From the NCBI GenBank assembly GCA_051362555.1, contig CM120640.1:65078788-65142787 (forward strand): DNA of 64,000 bases, read 5' to 3'. The DNA comes from Lingula anatina. Taxonomy: Eukaryota > Animalia > Brachiopoda. The notes under the pieces were generated by a model. That model did not search any database and was not told where the DNA came from. It saw nothing but the letters and a program-made list of their open reading frames with translations. Both the position numbers and the translations under genes were made by a program. How positions within the stretch are numbered: the stretch's first letter is position 1; each line of letters begins with the position of its first letter. Positions 31,418-45,214 of this stretch are shown piece by piece.

Positions 31418-33398
31418 TCAGTTTCCGCAGGCACGGTGACGATTACCACAAACAGGAAGACACTCTTGGCTAGTGGGCACATCATGGAGCTGAATGGCTG
31501 ACGGTCCAGGCCAGGCAAGGACATTGCCCTGACCACACCCTTGAGTTGGCACGTCAATGACTTGGTTCCATACATCAACAGACGCTATATCCCCTTTGTA
31601 TGCCTGGTGTGCCTCAAAACTTCCACCGACATCGTCCTGATCTTGGCCAACCACCCATACGCCATCTATAACATAAAATGTAAAGTTGCAGGTAAACAAC
31701 ATTTGTGTTTCTACACACACACTGTTGCCGTGACCGCTCCGTTTACAACTCGGAAACTGTCTTGGAGTATATAATGTCTTTTTACTGCATAAATAAATGT
31801 GAACAAAAACTATGTAAAACTGAAACTGATAAAAACTGATGAAAACTAATGAAAACATAAAACTATATGATCCCGGTGACCCGTGTTGCTGAAACTGAAA
31901 ATGTAAGGGCGGGATCTCAACTATATACCTTTGTGTCATGTGACACGAACACATCTCACTGACTACTCTCACTTGTAACTGCTCCACGTGTTGCAGTTAC
32001 ACACACACACACTTTCCAACACCAACACATTATCTATTTTTCTCTAAGTAATATAAAGAGGCAAAAAAAACAAAAATATATCAATACACTAGCCTGGCTT
32101 TAATTGAATCCCCTTCATGAATCCAGAACTGCCATTTATCATATCACCATCTACAAATAACGTCCAATTCCCATCGGCACTGTCCCACGTGGTGCAAACA
32201 GAGTGCCAACTGCCATCAGCAAGTGCGGTTAGATTTCTTGTCAGGCACATATATTTATTTGCAAGGAAGAGCCCGAAGCACGATCCCTCTCCAGTAAGAA
32301 GGATATGATTTTTTTGTGATTGCACTGCATGTGAGAGGAAATATCCGAACTGTGAAGTCTGTGTCCTCATGGTTACACATGAGGTCATCGCAGGCATTGG
32401 CCCACTGGACAATGGACGAAGTTTTGCCCAATTGGTCACAGAATTACCAGGAAACCGTAGTACTGTTGCCTCTGGGTCTACAAAAGTGTAATTATTTCCA
32501 TTAGTGAAGTTTTGTTTTACAATTTCAATGAAATAAGCCTATGATGTTGTACAATTTAGCGTTAACATTAATAATGTACCTGTATATTCTCACTCAACTC
32601 GTATTAGAGAAATAAACGAGTTTCAAAATAAAGAAGGGTGGCTATTTGAATATACTGTTAAACAGCCTAAAAATTAACTTAATCATTCTTTTGCGGAAAC
32701 AATTTTATACACTTAAAACCGAAGTTGTTATGCATAACATTTTTCTTAGGGATCTTGAATTATGTTAAGGGTAGGTTCCTTATGGTATCATAAAATAAAC
32801 TTGAAAGTGCCTGTACGGTTTAAAAGTCGCGTTTCTTTAATACTCTATTACCTTTAACACTGCTTATGTACTGGTTTAATTCATTCTGGATGGTAAGGTA
32901 TTTCTTGGACAAATCGGCTAGCATGTTTCTCAGGGTGATTAGGTCCAGTTCTGCCGCATCCAATTTCTTTTCAATGGCTTGATTATGGGCTTCCAGTGCC
33001 TTATTCTTTGCCGATAGATCAGAAACTTGACCAGCTAATTGGTTTCTTTCTGACATTACGCCTTGGAGTGTATAAGCGAGTTTGGTGTTGTCTTTTGCAA
33101 GCCCATCGTATTTGGCTTGCAACTCTAGTAAGGACGATGCAAACGTTGATGACTGCACGTTCATTGAATTCATCCCTTTGATGAACTCTGTAATGTTAGC
33201 TAAAATGGCGGCTGTGACATCGTGTCCTTGTACCGTTGGATTCCCACACTTCCCCTGTGGATGGGCAAGGCTGATATGGTAGTTACATTTCCCATCTTGA
33301 AAGCTGCACACAGGACCTGATGGTTCTACTTCTGTTGGTGACACCTGACACTGCACAATAGTGGCAAAACACAGCAGACCAAGAGCAATGTAAAACAT
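31418..33398 (-). CDS. Secreted long pentraxin (signal peptide + Cys motif + coiled coil + pentraxin domain), 3 exons
   Basis: Exons 33398-32852, 32477-32094, 31665-31418. Signal MFYIALGLLCFATIVQC, long heptad coiled coil, pentraxin signature WHSVCTTWDS, GQDQD..GGSF, GDIASVDVWN and GNVLAW. Intron 2 requires a GC donor. Confidence 0.85.
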
Positions 33399-33859
33399 CC
33401 TGACCGTGATGTTAAGAAACGTCGGTAAGTGCCCCCCTGTCCTTCACAAACAAGGTGTCTGGGTGGTATGAGATAACAGAGATGTTTTAGGTGCGGTAAC
33501 GGACATAAAACATCATCTTTTCCCTCTAAAAATAGTATCGTTATCGCTGTTAAGAATTGAAGTGTCGTCGGTAGCACTAACATATATAAAGGATGCCCCA
33601 TCTTCTATCCTACATGTATGTGCTTTTGTTTACAAATGATCACATTCCATATACCATATTTAGTATGCCTTACGGTTAAGAAAAGACAAAATACCGGTGA
33701 AAATACCCATATTTTATACCATTTATTCAAATTAAGAACATGTAACACCACTAAAATACTTTTCCACAGTGATATCCATAGAAGTAAAAAAAAATGTAAC
33801 ATTAGGGAGACACCGCCAAATGTCATCAGAATTATACACAGAATGCGCTGTATAAAAGT

Positions 33860-34020
33860 CAAGCGTGTGCCTACGGCGTACTGAAATTATCTCCTGTAGG
33901 GAGCGCAGCATGCCTCTAACAAGAGTCAAAGGTCCGTTTCACTGAATGTTGTCCCATCCTTCCTGAAGAGCTTGATGGAGTTGTCCACATTATTAGGAGA
34001 CGGTTGTACCCTCCTCAGAG
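33860..34020 (-). mobile_element. Tc1/mariner transposase C-terminal relic
   Basis: LRRVQPSPNNV/QLHQALQEGWDNIQ*..TLVRGMLRSLQEIISVRRRHT resembles the Tc1 C-terminus (L..ALQEEW..I....I..L..SM.RR...VI...GGHT); contains a frameshift and a stop. Confidence 0.55.
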
Positions 34021-35261
34021 CATTGGCGCGGGCTGTAAGTGCGTCGTCATGATGAACCCTATGATTATCCCTGCACTTACCTCTTGCAACGACAGTTTCT
34101 GGATACTATGAACAGTGCTATTTTTTCTTAATAAATAGACTGGTTTCATATTAGTAAAAGGCATAATACTACGGTTGTACATGTACCTCTTGGGCAATTT
34201 CTGCATACCAGAGAAAGAGTTATGTTCTTTTTCCTTAAGGTAAACAATGATTTTAAATAGTTAGCACTTTTATCATTAAAACCACTTAATTCAGTTACTG
34301 ATCCTAATATCCCTGAATATTTTACATTTTAGTATAATTGTACATAGATAATAATAATAATAAGAGGAAGAAGAAATATGAAAGCCGGTTCTTCTATACA
34401 TGCTTTTCTTCTCACAGGTGGAACCACTACCATTTCAACTTCCCTGGAACATACTTGTCAATGAGGGACTGGTAGTATGGGATCAAAGATTCGATGTCTG
34501 GGATGACTTCACTCTTGGAATACAAGTCAAATTTACTGAAACATAAATTATGGCCATTATATGTCTTTAAAACATTACAACACTGTTTTAACTAAAATGT
34601 TCGTACATGATTTTCACATAAAAATGCATGTGGTACATAAGTGATAAAACTTTAAGCAACGACAATATTAGGGTTGGGTGTCATGTTCTAAATGCGTTTT
34701 GTTTTGAGGAATGTCTGCAGTATATCGTAACACTTTTCTCCGTATTAGAATAGGAAAAATTGGCACAAGTTATGACCAAAATGCCGTTCTCAGAATTCAA
34801 CGTAATCAAAATGATAACAGAAATTGCTTTGAGTCTACCGAACTATCTATGAGCATTTTCAGATTATTAATTAAAGCAGTTGGTTGCAGTATTTGGATGA
34901 TCAAGGCGACTGCCATTGTTTCCACAAGGCATGTAAAATGGATTTAAAACTTAGAATGTGGCTGTCAACTTTTTTTAATTCTGAGATTTGTGAAGTTGGT
35001 TACTTGAACTCTGTAATCCACGGGGCCATCTTCATGTCCTGTTCATTACACAGGTAGTTATAGTCCTTGCCTGTGTGCCAGGGGTAGAAGGAGTGGAACC
35101 GCACCAAGTACAATGCCTCCTGTGGCAGAGAGCACTTCTCATGGTTTAACAGGACACGGTACATGTATCCTGAAACAATCCATTGTTGGGAAAACTTTTT
35201 AGAAAAAAAGCAGGGACTAACTTTGAATGTAGAAGTGGATTTATTAACCATTGTAAGTATG

Positions 35262-37400
35262 AAAACAAGGCAGCAAAGCTGTCAAATGTACAGACAAAAA
35301 GAAGGAAAAAACAAAATAGGGTTCTGTCAATTCTGATGCAAAAGTACATTATGTTAAACTGCAAATTCAACATCAAATTTTAATTATGCTCAACAGGTAA
35401 TTCCAATGTAAGTAAAATGTGTAACAAGCATAAGGCTTCAGCCCCATAGGAGTTCAAGTTCACACTCTGAAAATGTATAACTTCCAGAAAAAGAAGTCAA
35501 TTAGACTGCTTTTCCAACTCAGGCTGCATTTTAGTCCTGTATTTCTTTTTTGAAAGTTTGGCAATCATAAGTAACATGGTTTTCCCATAATGGTTTTCAT
35601 GGCAGCAGCACCCAAAATTGTGTGTTCTTCTATTCTGATGCAATATTACATAATGGTTAACAGAATAATGACAATCAATTTTTAATAATAAAATAAAGGT
35701 ATCATGGATTTTCAGAAAATGTGACTAGCATGGGTCTTCAAGCCTGTGGAACTTCAAAGTCACACCTTGAAAATGCCAATATGTGAAAAATTAAACTTTC
35801 ACAAAAAAACTGTTTAACCGGCAGAAAGAATTACCAAACAGATTGCACTGCCTACTGAAGCTGTATTTAAGTCCCATGTTTCTTTCTGTAAGTTTGAGAA
35901 CAGTAAATGACATGGTTTTCCTTAAATGGTTATCATGGGAGCAGTGCCCAAAATAGGTTTATTTTCAAATTTTGATGCAATATTACATAATGTTTAACAG
36001 CATAATGATCATCAATTTTTAATAATATCATGTATATTCAGAAAATGTGACTAGCAAATGTCTTCATGCCCATGGAACTTCAAAGTGACACCTAAATATG
36101 CCAAAATGTAAACTAGACAGCACTGTGCTGAAATGGGTTTATTTCCATTTTTAACACTTTTTTAATATAAGATGAAATAAACAGTTTACTGCCATTTTTA
36201 TATGATCAACTAAGAAAATTGATGAGATGGGACAAATATCAATAGAACTGTGTCAAATGTCCAATTTCCTCCATTCTGACATTCTGAACATAGTAAATGA
36301 TTGAATCTGACTGATATGAGTTTATTTCCATTTTTGACACTTTATTACACAATACACGATAACAAGTTTACCATCATTTCTACATAATCAACTAACAATG
36401 TTGTAAAGATGCAGGAAATGTCAAACAAGCACTTTTATGTGTCTTATTAAAGGGATAATAACTCTTCGTATGAGACCTATATTTCACAATAAAAACCTTG
36501 TGAATAACTCATAGAAATATAATATAATCCGTTTTACCACAAAAACAGCAGTTATAGCTTTTATTCTGATATTTGAACTTGTCTTCAGACCACGTGGCCT
36601 CCATTGATGTCTATACTCTGTTAAAATCTCTTAAGAGATTTTAACAAAAAACCAAACTTTTTAGAAAAAACCAGGGACTAACTTTGAATGTAAAAATGGA
36701 TTCATTAACCATTGGTAAGTATGGGAAAATTGTTGTTTACTCCAGGAAAATTCATTTTTTGGCCGAAACGAAGAGTTATTATTGCTTTAATTAAATAATA
36801 AGACTGTTAACATGCCTAAGAATTGAATTTCAGGAAATGTGAAAAAACAGCATGACTTCTAAAACAATGGCCCGATTATACTAATTTTCAAACTCAACCT
36901 GCATTTTAGTAAGATTGACCACTCCTGTGAGTTTAATGACAATTGGTCGATCTGTTTTTCTTATATTGTGTTTACAGTGTTGTATATATGCTAAAAAGTG
37001 AAAAAACAGCATAACTACTAAAATAGTGGCCCGATCATGCCGATTTTCGAACTTGACCTGCGTTTTAGTAAGATTGAAAACTCCTGTGAGTTTTATGACA
37101 ACAGGCCTATCGGTTTTCCTTAAAATGTGTTAACAGGGTTGCATATATGCTGAAAAGTGAAAAAACAGCATAACTTCTACAATAATGTCCCGATCATGCT
37201 GATTTTCGAACTTGACCTGCGTTTTATGAATATTCATCAGCTCTGTAAATATAAAGCCAAAAAGTAAAACTGCCCTCCACTTATCGTGTTAACAAGGAAA
37301 GTGCACGGCGCCGGCATCGGCGGTGGCATCGGCGACGACGGCGACGACAGACGCAGGTGATGGCAATATGTACAGACACATCTGTGTCTGTACATAAAAA
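35262..37400 (+). mobile_element. Non-autonomous Helentron/HINE-like element carrying tandem-repeat arrays
   Basis: 5' AAACAAGGCAGCAAAGCTGTCAAATGTACAGACA; internal ~300-330-bp and ~160-bp tandem units (36838, 36997, 37156); GAC/GGC microsatellite; 3' hairpin ATGTACAGACACA-TC-TGTGTCTGTACAT followed by AAAAA. A shorter copy lies at 63200-63718. Confidence 0.7.
36451..36786. mobile_element. Kolobok-like MITE (TTAA TSD) nested in the HINE-like element
   Basis: TTAA|AGGGATAATAACTCTTCG...CGAAGAGTTATTATTGCT|TTAA; empty site visible in the related element at ~63461-63468; second copy at 54295-54620. Confidence 0.8.
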
Positions 37401-39716
37401 TGTCATTTAGTTCTTATTCTTTTAACCACTTTCTGATCTCGACGCTGGTTTCAACTTACCATCGTGGCCATCTTGAAACTAAAAACGTGCTTCCTTGCGT
37501 TGTGTTCACCACAAGACAGGCGCCGAGACTCTACAAAGGGATGGGTCGAAAGAATACAACACTATCGCCGTTCTGGTGTCGTGTCGTACCAGCACAAGAA
37601 TGACACAATTTTCGTCATCAGCATACAAAATAACCAGAAAATGACACCATTACATTATTATTCCCCTGAGTGCATTAAAATCCAACTTTTTTCTTTGAAC
37701 AATGTTCTTTTCAAAGGATTAATGCACATTCTTGAAGATTCAGGGATATTTGCTTTTCAAGCCTCATATAGGGCCTACTGGTAGTTTGTGAAAGTGATTT
37801 CTTTTTTGGCTTCAGACATTCTACAACCCCCACCCCCCCTCCTCCAAATAATAATAATAATAACCAACACACTCACAATAAAGAAAAAAATGCACATAAT
37901 GGTAATAAAAAATAATCGATAATGAAAAAAAAGATTGGCCGTTTTGTCTGCCCTTTTGAAAATTCTTTTTTACCAGATTTAATAATTGTCATGGTAAAAG
38001 TAGTTGGTAGCGAATGAGTAACACTCGCCCATTCGTAAGGTATACGGCAAATGCGTTAAATTGACGCGAAGTTATGCTTCTAATATCTTTTTAAGTAAGG
38101 TGTGATAGCGCCTTTAGATATGAAACTCATCGTGAAATATCTTAATAAAGTAACGTATAAATTACCCAGTACGTACTCTATACTTTATATCGTCGCGACA
38201 ACAATCAACACGGACCCAAGTTTAACAGCACTCAAAATTTATCAATATTTAACTGAAAATCATTGGGCATCGCCTTTATTGCGACTACATCGTCAAAAAC
38301 TATTAAACGGCAATCAATATTAACTAGTGCCAGAACTTCTGTGTTGCGCAACTTATCAAATTGAATTAAAAACTAAAAGATTATTTCGGATGAAGGACAT
38401 GAACGAATTGTTCGTTTAATTCAAAGAATTGCCGTATATCTTACCATTTAGATTTTCTGATTGCCAGAATTATGATTTTCATTTGACAATCATTCTTTAA
38501 ATCGTCTCGGAACATGTTATAGATGATATAATGCGGAGGAATCACCATACCAGTGTCACGTGTCTGAAGGTACTCGTCTGCTATTCAAATTACAATAAGG
38601 TAGCAATAGAATTTAATTTCTACTCCTAATATATGAAATATAATGCATTACAAGCAAAAATATTTTTGAGAGAAAGAGAAATTTCACAATTTGAGTGCCC
38701 TCATGCCAAAGAGAATTAAGAAAAACAAAGTGATTTTTTATTAAAGTCATTTTATTCCTAGACAGCCCTGCAGTATAAAACCGTACCTACCACATTCAGG
38801 TTTGTTAAAACCAGATTCAAATGGCATCAAAAAAATATGACAGTACTTGTCGTGGTGCTTAAGAAATTAAAGGCAGTTTCTGGATACCAGAAAGGGAGCT
38901 GTTTTCCCCTTAATAAACACATTAGATTAGTACAGGGAAAAATGGCATTATAGTATGGCAGTACATGTTCATAAGCTTATGAAAGGCAGTGTCTGGACAC
39001 TAGAAACAAAGCTGTTTTGTTTTTCCTTTATAAAAAGTTTGATACTTTAAAGTGACAAAATAGAACATGATGTATATTTGTCAATAAGTTTTAAAAGGCA
39101 CTTTTTGCATACAGGTACCAGAAACAAAAGTTTTATATATATTTAACACCCCTAATCATTAAGACTATAACATAATTAAGTTTTATAATACATGTAAAAT
39201 GTTAAAGACATATTCCTTGAAATTACAACAAATAATTTACTGGTCCCTTAATCCCTGATTTTAAAATTGATATGAAACTTAAATACCATTAACTCCTGCA
39301 CTGCAATTAATTTTTTCTGTAAAGGTAAATTGAGGTACTTGTAAGATAAGAAATGAACCATAACCACAGAATAGAAACTTCATATCATTATACACTAAAA
39401 CTATTCATGCCAACCTGTTTTATGAAAACTTTTCAGAAAAGTTAACACTTCATATTGTCAACCTGTAAAGAGGGATGTCAAAAAGTAGGTCATGGCAAGA
39501 ATGTGACTCTCAAATTGTGTTCATTCATCTTGTGTAATGGCTTAACTCGATGTAAATCACTTAATGAATGGATGGATGTCTGTGAGGCAATTTCCTCCAC
39601 AAAAATATAATAATTAAAAATAATGAAAAGAAAAAAAAAAGAAAAGTTAAGAAAGATATCCAATCTGCACCCAACACATCTATTCTGCTATTTTGCTGAA
39701 ATCACCTGTGGAACCA

Positions 39717-40041
39717 CTACCATTTCAACTTCCCTGGAACATACTTGTCAATGAGGGACTGGTAATATGGGATCAAGGATTCGATGTCTGGGATGACTTC
39801 ACTCTTGGAATACAAGTCAAATTTACTGAAATATAAAATAAAGATCATTACATCAAATCATTAAAAAAATTTAATATATTTCGAGTTATAATCAAGACAA
39901 GAAAATATTTGACATTGTATATGTGATGAAACACTGAGCAGCAAAACATGTTATGTGTTACCATCTCTACTCTGTCTGTGTTTGGTTATTATTTCATGGC
40001 CGTGAGAAATGCGTACAACATACTTTATGCAATGCAATACT

Positions 40042-40093
<52 letters not shown>

Positions 40094-43000
40094 CCATTCC
40101 CCTACCTACAGATATTTATTTTATTATTTCTCAAGAGTGCATTAGAATAGTCTTCAAACCAAATTACTGTCAGTTTTCTAGTTGTGAAATAAGAAATGCA
40201 AGATGTGATTACTTGAACTCTGTAATCCACGGGGTCATCTTCATGTCCTGCTCATTACACAGGTAGTTATAGTCCTTGCCTGTGTGCCAGGGGTAGAAGG
40301 AATGGAACCGCACCATGTACAATGCCTCCTGTGGCAGAGAGCACTTCTCATGATTCAAGAGGACACGGTATAAGTACTCTGAAAGCATTCATGACAGCGT
40401 TAGTATATGAATTTGGCTAAAAAACTAACTGTTAACATTTGTGACCTTTGCTAATATGAATACCTGAGATGCATATATGACCATGCATATGCATAGAGGA
40501 TGTTGAATACACCTGGCTGTCTCTAAATGTAATGTCCAAATCATAAAGTTAACTATGCACTTGATACTGCACATAGCAAACATGGAGGCAGGTATATGAT
40601 GGATCAATATGGAACAGTACTTAAACTAAGTGATAAAACTTTCAGGCACATATTTTCACACACAAAAGACATTATAACAACTGATTTTTCAGTACAAAAT
40701 AACAGAAACATCAAAAAGAAATCTGTTTATAATCTTAAGCACACGCCACAGGTCAATATGCAGGATGTACTGTCACATTGACCACAGTTTTGTCTATTTA
40801 CATACCATGGGGCTGATATCACCCTATGTACGGTGATATCAGCAAATTCCATTCAATTTTGGGTGGGAAGCATGTATGATTTCCCTTTGTAGGTATGACA
40901 AATAATGCACTGCTACCCCCTAGCCTGATATACACAATAGCATGCCTCAGTATCGCTCAGCACTAATTATGTAAATAGAATGACCACAATATTAAGACCA
41001 ATAAAACAAGATATAGATGTGTACACAGATGCAAGAACTTCCCAACCCTTCCCGCATTATACAGTCATGTAGTATAAATATCAGTCAATGTCTTTAGGGC
41101 TATTGTAAAGTGCAGGGAAATAAGATTATTGCTTTTATGATTCTGAATGTGTGAAGTCAACATATGCACCCACCATCATGTCCCCACGACATTAGCACTT
41201 TGTCTAAGCCACAGTTTTCTGCATACATGCCCAACTTGGTGCTGATCAACAAAACAAGAAGGGCAATAACACATGTCAATAAGAAATAGCATGTTACTTT
41301 TAGGGTATAATTCCTTGCGCATAAAGCTTAAGCATGAACAGCAAATACTAAAATATTAAAACATTGCATTTAGTTCTAATAGTTTCTATACAATTTGAAA
41401 TAGACCACACATTAAAATTACACATAAAATATTATAATATGATACAATACAACATAATATAACTTTAAGCCATGTCATATTATATTATATTTTTATATTT
41501 ATAATTGCCTTAGATAAATGGGTTTTGCAAGCAAGCATTCCCAACATTTAGTCAACAGTTAACCCATTTTTTACAGCATAAATCATAACTTACTTGTATA
41601 GAGGATTGTTGATATCAGGGTTGTTTTCAAAGCTCTTCCGGCCAAACACTATTTTATCGCTGAATGCACAGCCAACTGGGAAGGTGTCACCAACAACAAA
41701 ACACTAAAAAGAAGGAATTTTAGCTTGAAAAGCATTATGTCAATACATAAACAATATATAATTTATATGCTTACAGCCCTCTACATGTGCTACATCCATG
41801 TCTCCACTACTATTTCCTTTTCTTTCATTCATAAAAAAGAAACATGGTTGATGTACAACTTTACTGAAGCTGTGTTCAAAATCTCTGCATTTTTATTTTT
41901 TCACAATTTTCTTTTTTGAAATAAAATAATCATTGATAAATATTCTAGGAAAGTATGCAGATTTAAAATTGGCTTAGCCAGAGTATAAAAGTCTACAAAT
42001 AAAACATGCATGATTCATGAGAGCAAACAGCTTATGGAAACACAAATATAAAAATTTTGAGCACCATGAGTGCTACACATGGAACTTGGCATTAGTGATA
42101 ACTCACTTCCAAAGATAATCTTAAACATATTATGTAGACATCATAATGTGTATCACCTGTGGTTCACCCCAGAGGGCCATCACCTTGCCAAGATCATGTA
42201 TTAATCCTGTCAGATGAAACCAGTCAAGATCCGGATGCGCGTGGCGGATACGCTCAGCTGTTTGGAAGGCATGGATAGCATTTGGAAGTCCAATCTGGAA
42301 AATGGACCACCCAGTCCGAGCTCTTTCACTGCATATCATTAAACGTCAAGAGAGAAACGAAGTTAACCAAACATTTATGAATTTATGAAAACCCAATTTA
42401 AAACGTCATTTCATTTAGAGGTCCAACAGTCTACTTTATATGTCTTGATCATACATGTAATATTAATATATATTTTATTGTCTGTTTAGGCTTTATATTT
42501 ATAATAAAGAACTTATCAATACAACATTCATTGTACTTCATGAGTTGGGCACCTCATTTGAGGAGGACATAGATTTGGAAACATCTTACATCAGGGTCAC
42601 TTTCATCCACAAGGGCATTAAGTGCCTCTACGGCCTCCAAGATGGTCATTTCCATGTGGTCAAACGTGGTCCAGTATTCAACCTAAAATAAAGGCCCAAT
42701 TGAGGTTAAAATGCCAGCAAAACACAACTTCTTAACTGGGATTTCATATTACATAGCACTTCAGGGAAAAGCCGAAGATTTATAAAAACAAAACAATACA
42801 ACACCTACTTTGACAATTAAATGCACCTTTAAACCCAGACAGATCACCAACTGCCTTATCCTTCTGAACTGACACAGGAATATGTATTTACTTTTTCTAA
42901 AATATATACAGACCGAGTTTACATCATGCACTGAACATGTACTTTGGTATACTTAACAGACTGAACAGTGACTTATCACTTCACACTGAACTTACCTTGT

Positions 43001-45214
43001 TGGTCACACTTTCAACACTCTGCTTTGTGTGCATTTCATAATATGTCCTCTTGACACGGTCAATAAACTCTCCCTCCTGGCCAAGAGAAAAAATGACACT
43101 ATTTTATATTTTATCAACTCAACAAAGAGTACTGTTGGTATGTACCAAACATAGCTAATAATTTTCTTAATCTATGGTTATCACATTTTTCTCCTCACAT
43201 GATTATTACATTGTTCTCCTTTTATGATTATCACATTATTGTCTTCTTGGATTACTAGTATCACATCTTTTTCTTCATGTGATTTTCTAAATTTAGTGGT
43301 GAATCACAAAGCTTGCCCTATAATCTTATCAGCAAATAAATCTATTTATCATGGTCAGGACATATAGATGTTTCATTTAACTTAGTGTAATCCACTTCAT
43401 TTCACACTCTTTTTAAATCCTTTATTATTAGAAGCTCTCTTTCAAAATCCCATTATCATGCAGTGCTTAATCTGAATAAATAAATAATGAATCAAAATAT
43501 TTTTAAACTTTTTTAAGTAAAGGGAATGCATTTTACAGGATTAATATGGGAACTTGATTGATAACTCTGAGACTCATAATTGTAGATTCAGTATTGTTTG
43601 TTCAGGGGGTGTTTAGAGACAAGGTGAAGTGGCTGGCTAAGTTGTTAGGTCCCTTAGAAATGGGGGATTAACTGCATGGTGGTGAAACCAAGAATCATTT
43701 CCCAACTTTTCTATAAAATTGAATGTAGTCAACCATAGCCCAATAATCTAATGAGTAAAGTGAAGTTTCAATGTTTTCTTTTAATACATAATGCAGTTCC
43801 GAAGAAACTTTTCATTTTGTTTATAAATATCTTCTTGACTGTGTTCCCACTGCTTCAATGTGTTCTACAAAGCTCTGCTCTCTTTTTCTGTAACTCCTAT
43901 ATATTATTTCTTTTTTGATGAATTAAAAAAGGCTCTGACTTTACTCAATTTGGGCTCAAAATACTAAACAGAACATGACTATTAAATAAATAACATAACA
44001 ATTCACAATAATCTGATACAGTTATAAATGCTGCATGTGTTGATTCTCTATAGTTTGTCATAGCTGCATAAGTTTTGTATTGAATTGACTTCCCCTTTGG
44101 AGTTATCACAACAAACATTTATAGAATGAAAACAGCATAACTGTACTTAATAACCTGGCATACCTAAATCAAAACAGAAAAAATGAATTCCAAAATTCTC
44201 AAAACAGAAAAAATGAATTCCAAAATTCTCAAAACAGAAAAAATTCTTACATCTCCCCCTCCTCTTAAAAGTAAGAAAAACAGTAAAAAAATCTGTTTTT
44301 TTTTTCATATTAAAACATTTGTATCAAATGAGGTCAAAATATTTCCCAACAATGTTGACAAAAAAATGTTTTTTATGAGTATGAATGTTATATCTAAATG
44401 CCTGAATTCAACTGCTGATGCTGCTTTAATTATGCAACAAAGATAAAAATAGAACGCAGCAGGTGAAACCAGATGCTGCAACACCTTAGTGGTGGGTTTT
44501 AAGCTGGGATATCAACATGCACATCAGGCTCAGTCACTCCATTCCTGCATCACTGGGTCACATAGCACTTTCTTTTGACCTATCAACATTATGTACACTC
44601 ACAGCCACAAATATTCAATCAAAGTTGGGCAACTTATGAGTTTTCTTTAAATATGGCATCATTCTTTAAAAATTAAAACAGCAAACAAGGTACAACTAAA
44701 ACCCTAATATTATTTGATATTTGAGAAATCTCAAATTTTCAAAGTTAATTAATACTTAAATGTTGGGCCACTTGTGCACAGAACTTCAAGTGCCTTGCAT
44801 GATAACAAAAAAAATCATGTGATAACATTAGCTGGCTAGGCATTTACCTCATAGTTCCTGAACTGTTCCTCACCCTTGTGATCTGGTCTATATTTGTCTG
44901 ATGGATCAATTATGTAACATGGAGCCTGAAATATTGGACCAAAATGTATTTATTTATCTGCTGCTAGTATCAAACAGCAAAGTGAATATTTCCAGACCCT
45001 CTTACATCATACAGGTGTCCTTTCTCTAACAGCTCTTCTCTATCAGGTATATAAGATTGGCGAGTCAGAGATTAATCCTTTGAACTCCTACACATTTGTA
45101 CGTGTTGCACCTTTAAAAAACATTTGGCAGTTTTCTATGAGAGCTGTCAGTGTCAGAAATGTTCTCAATTAAGCAGTCAGTTGAGTGCTGTTGTCAACTT
45201 ACCACCGTGGCCAT
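39717..45214 (-). CDS. MIOX: Myo-inositol oxygenase, intact, 9 exons, 284 aa
   Basis: Exons 45214-45203, 44925-44848, 43076-42996, 42682-42590, 42294-42157, 41703-41594, 41241-41174, 40378-40213, 39825-39717 (855 nt, open). Motifs [89 protein letters not shown]. Confidence 0.95.
40044..40091. repeat. (TA)n microsatellite in MIOX intron 8
   Basis: About 24 TA units. Confidence 0.95.
44170..44247. repeat. 30-bp tandem repeat (~2.5 copies) in MIOX intron 2
   Basis: CAAAACAGAAAAAATGAATTCCAAAATTCT repeated. Confidence 0.85.

Larger units (their letters stand above)
34427..37471 (-). pseudogene. MIOX: MIOX pseudogene 2 (exon 1 + exons 8-9; exons 2-7 missing)
   Basis: Exon-1 copy ATGGCCACGATG|gtaagt at 37471-37460, exon 8 at 35169-35004, exon 9 at 34535-34427; the interval between exon 1 and exon 8 is repeat DNA. 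Confidence 0.85.

Noticed and set aside
39948-40266. ORFs containing YIYIYI runs (also 13448-13669)
   Set aside because: Translations of (TA)n microsatellites.
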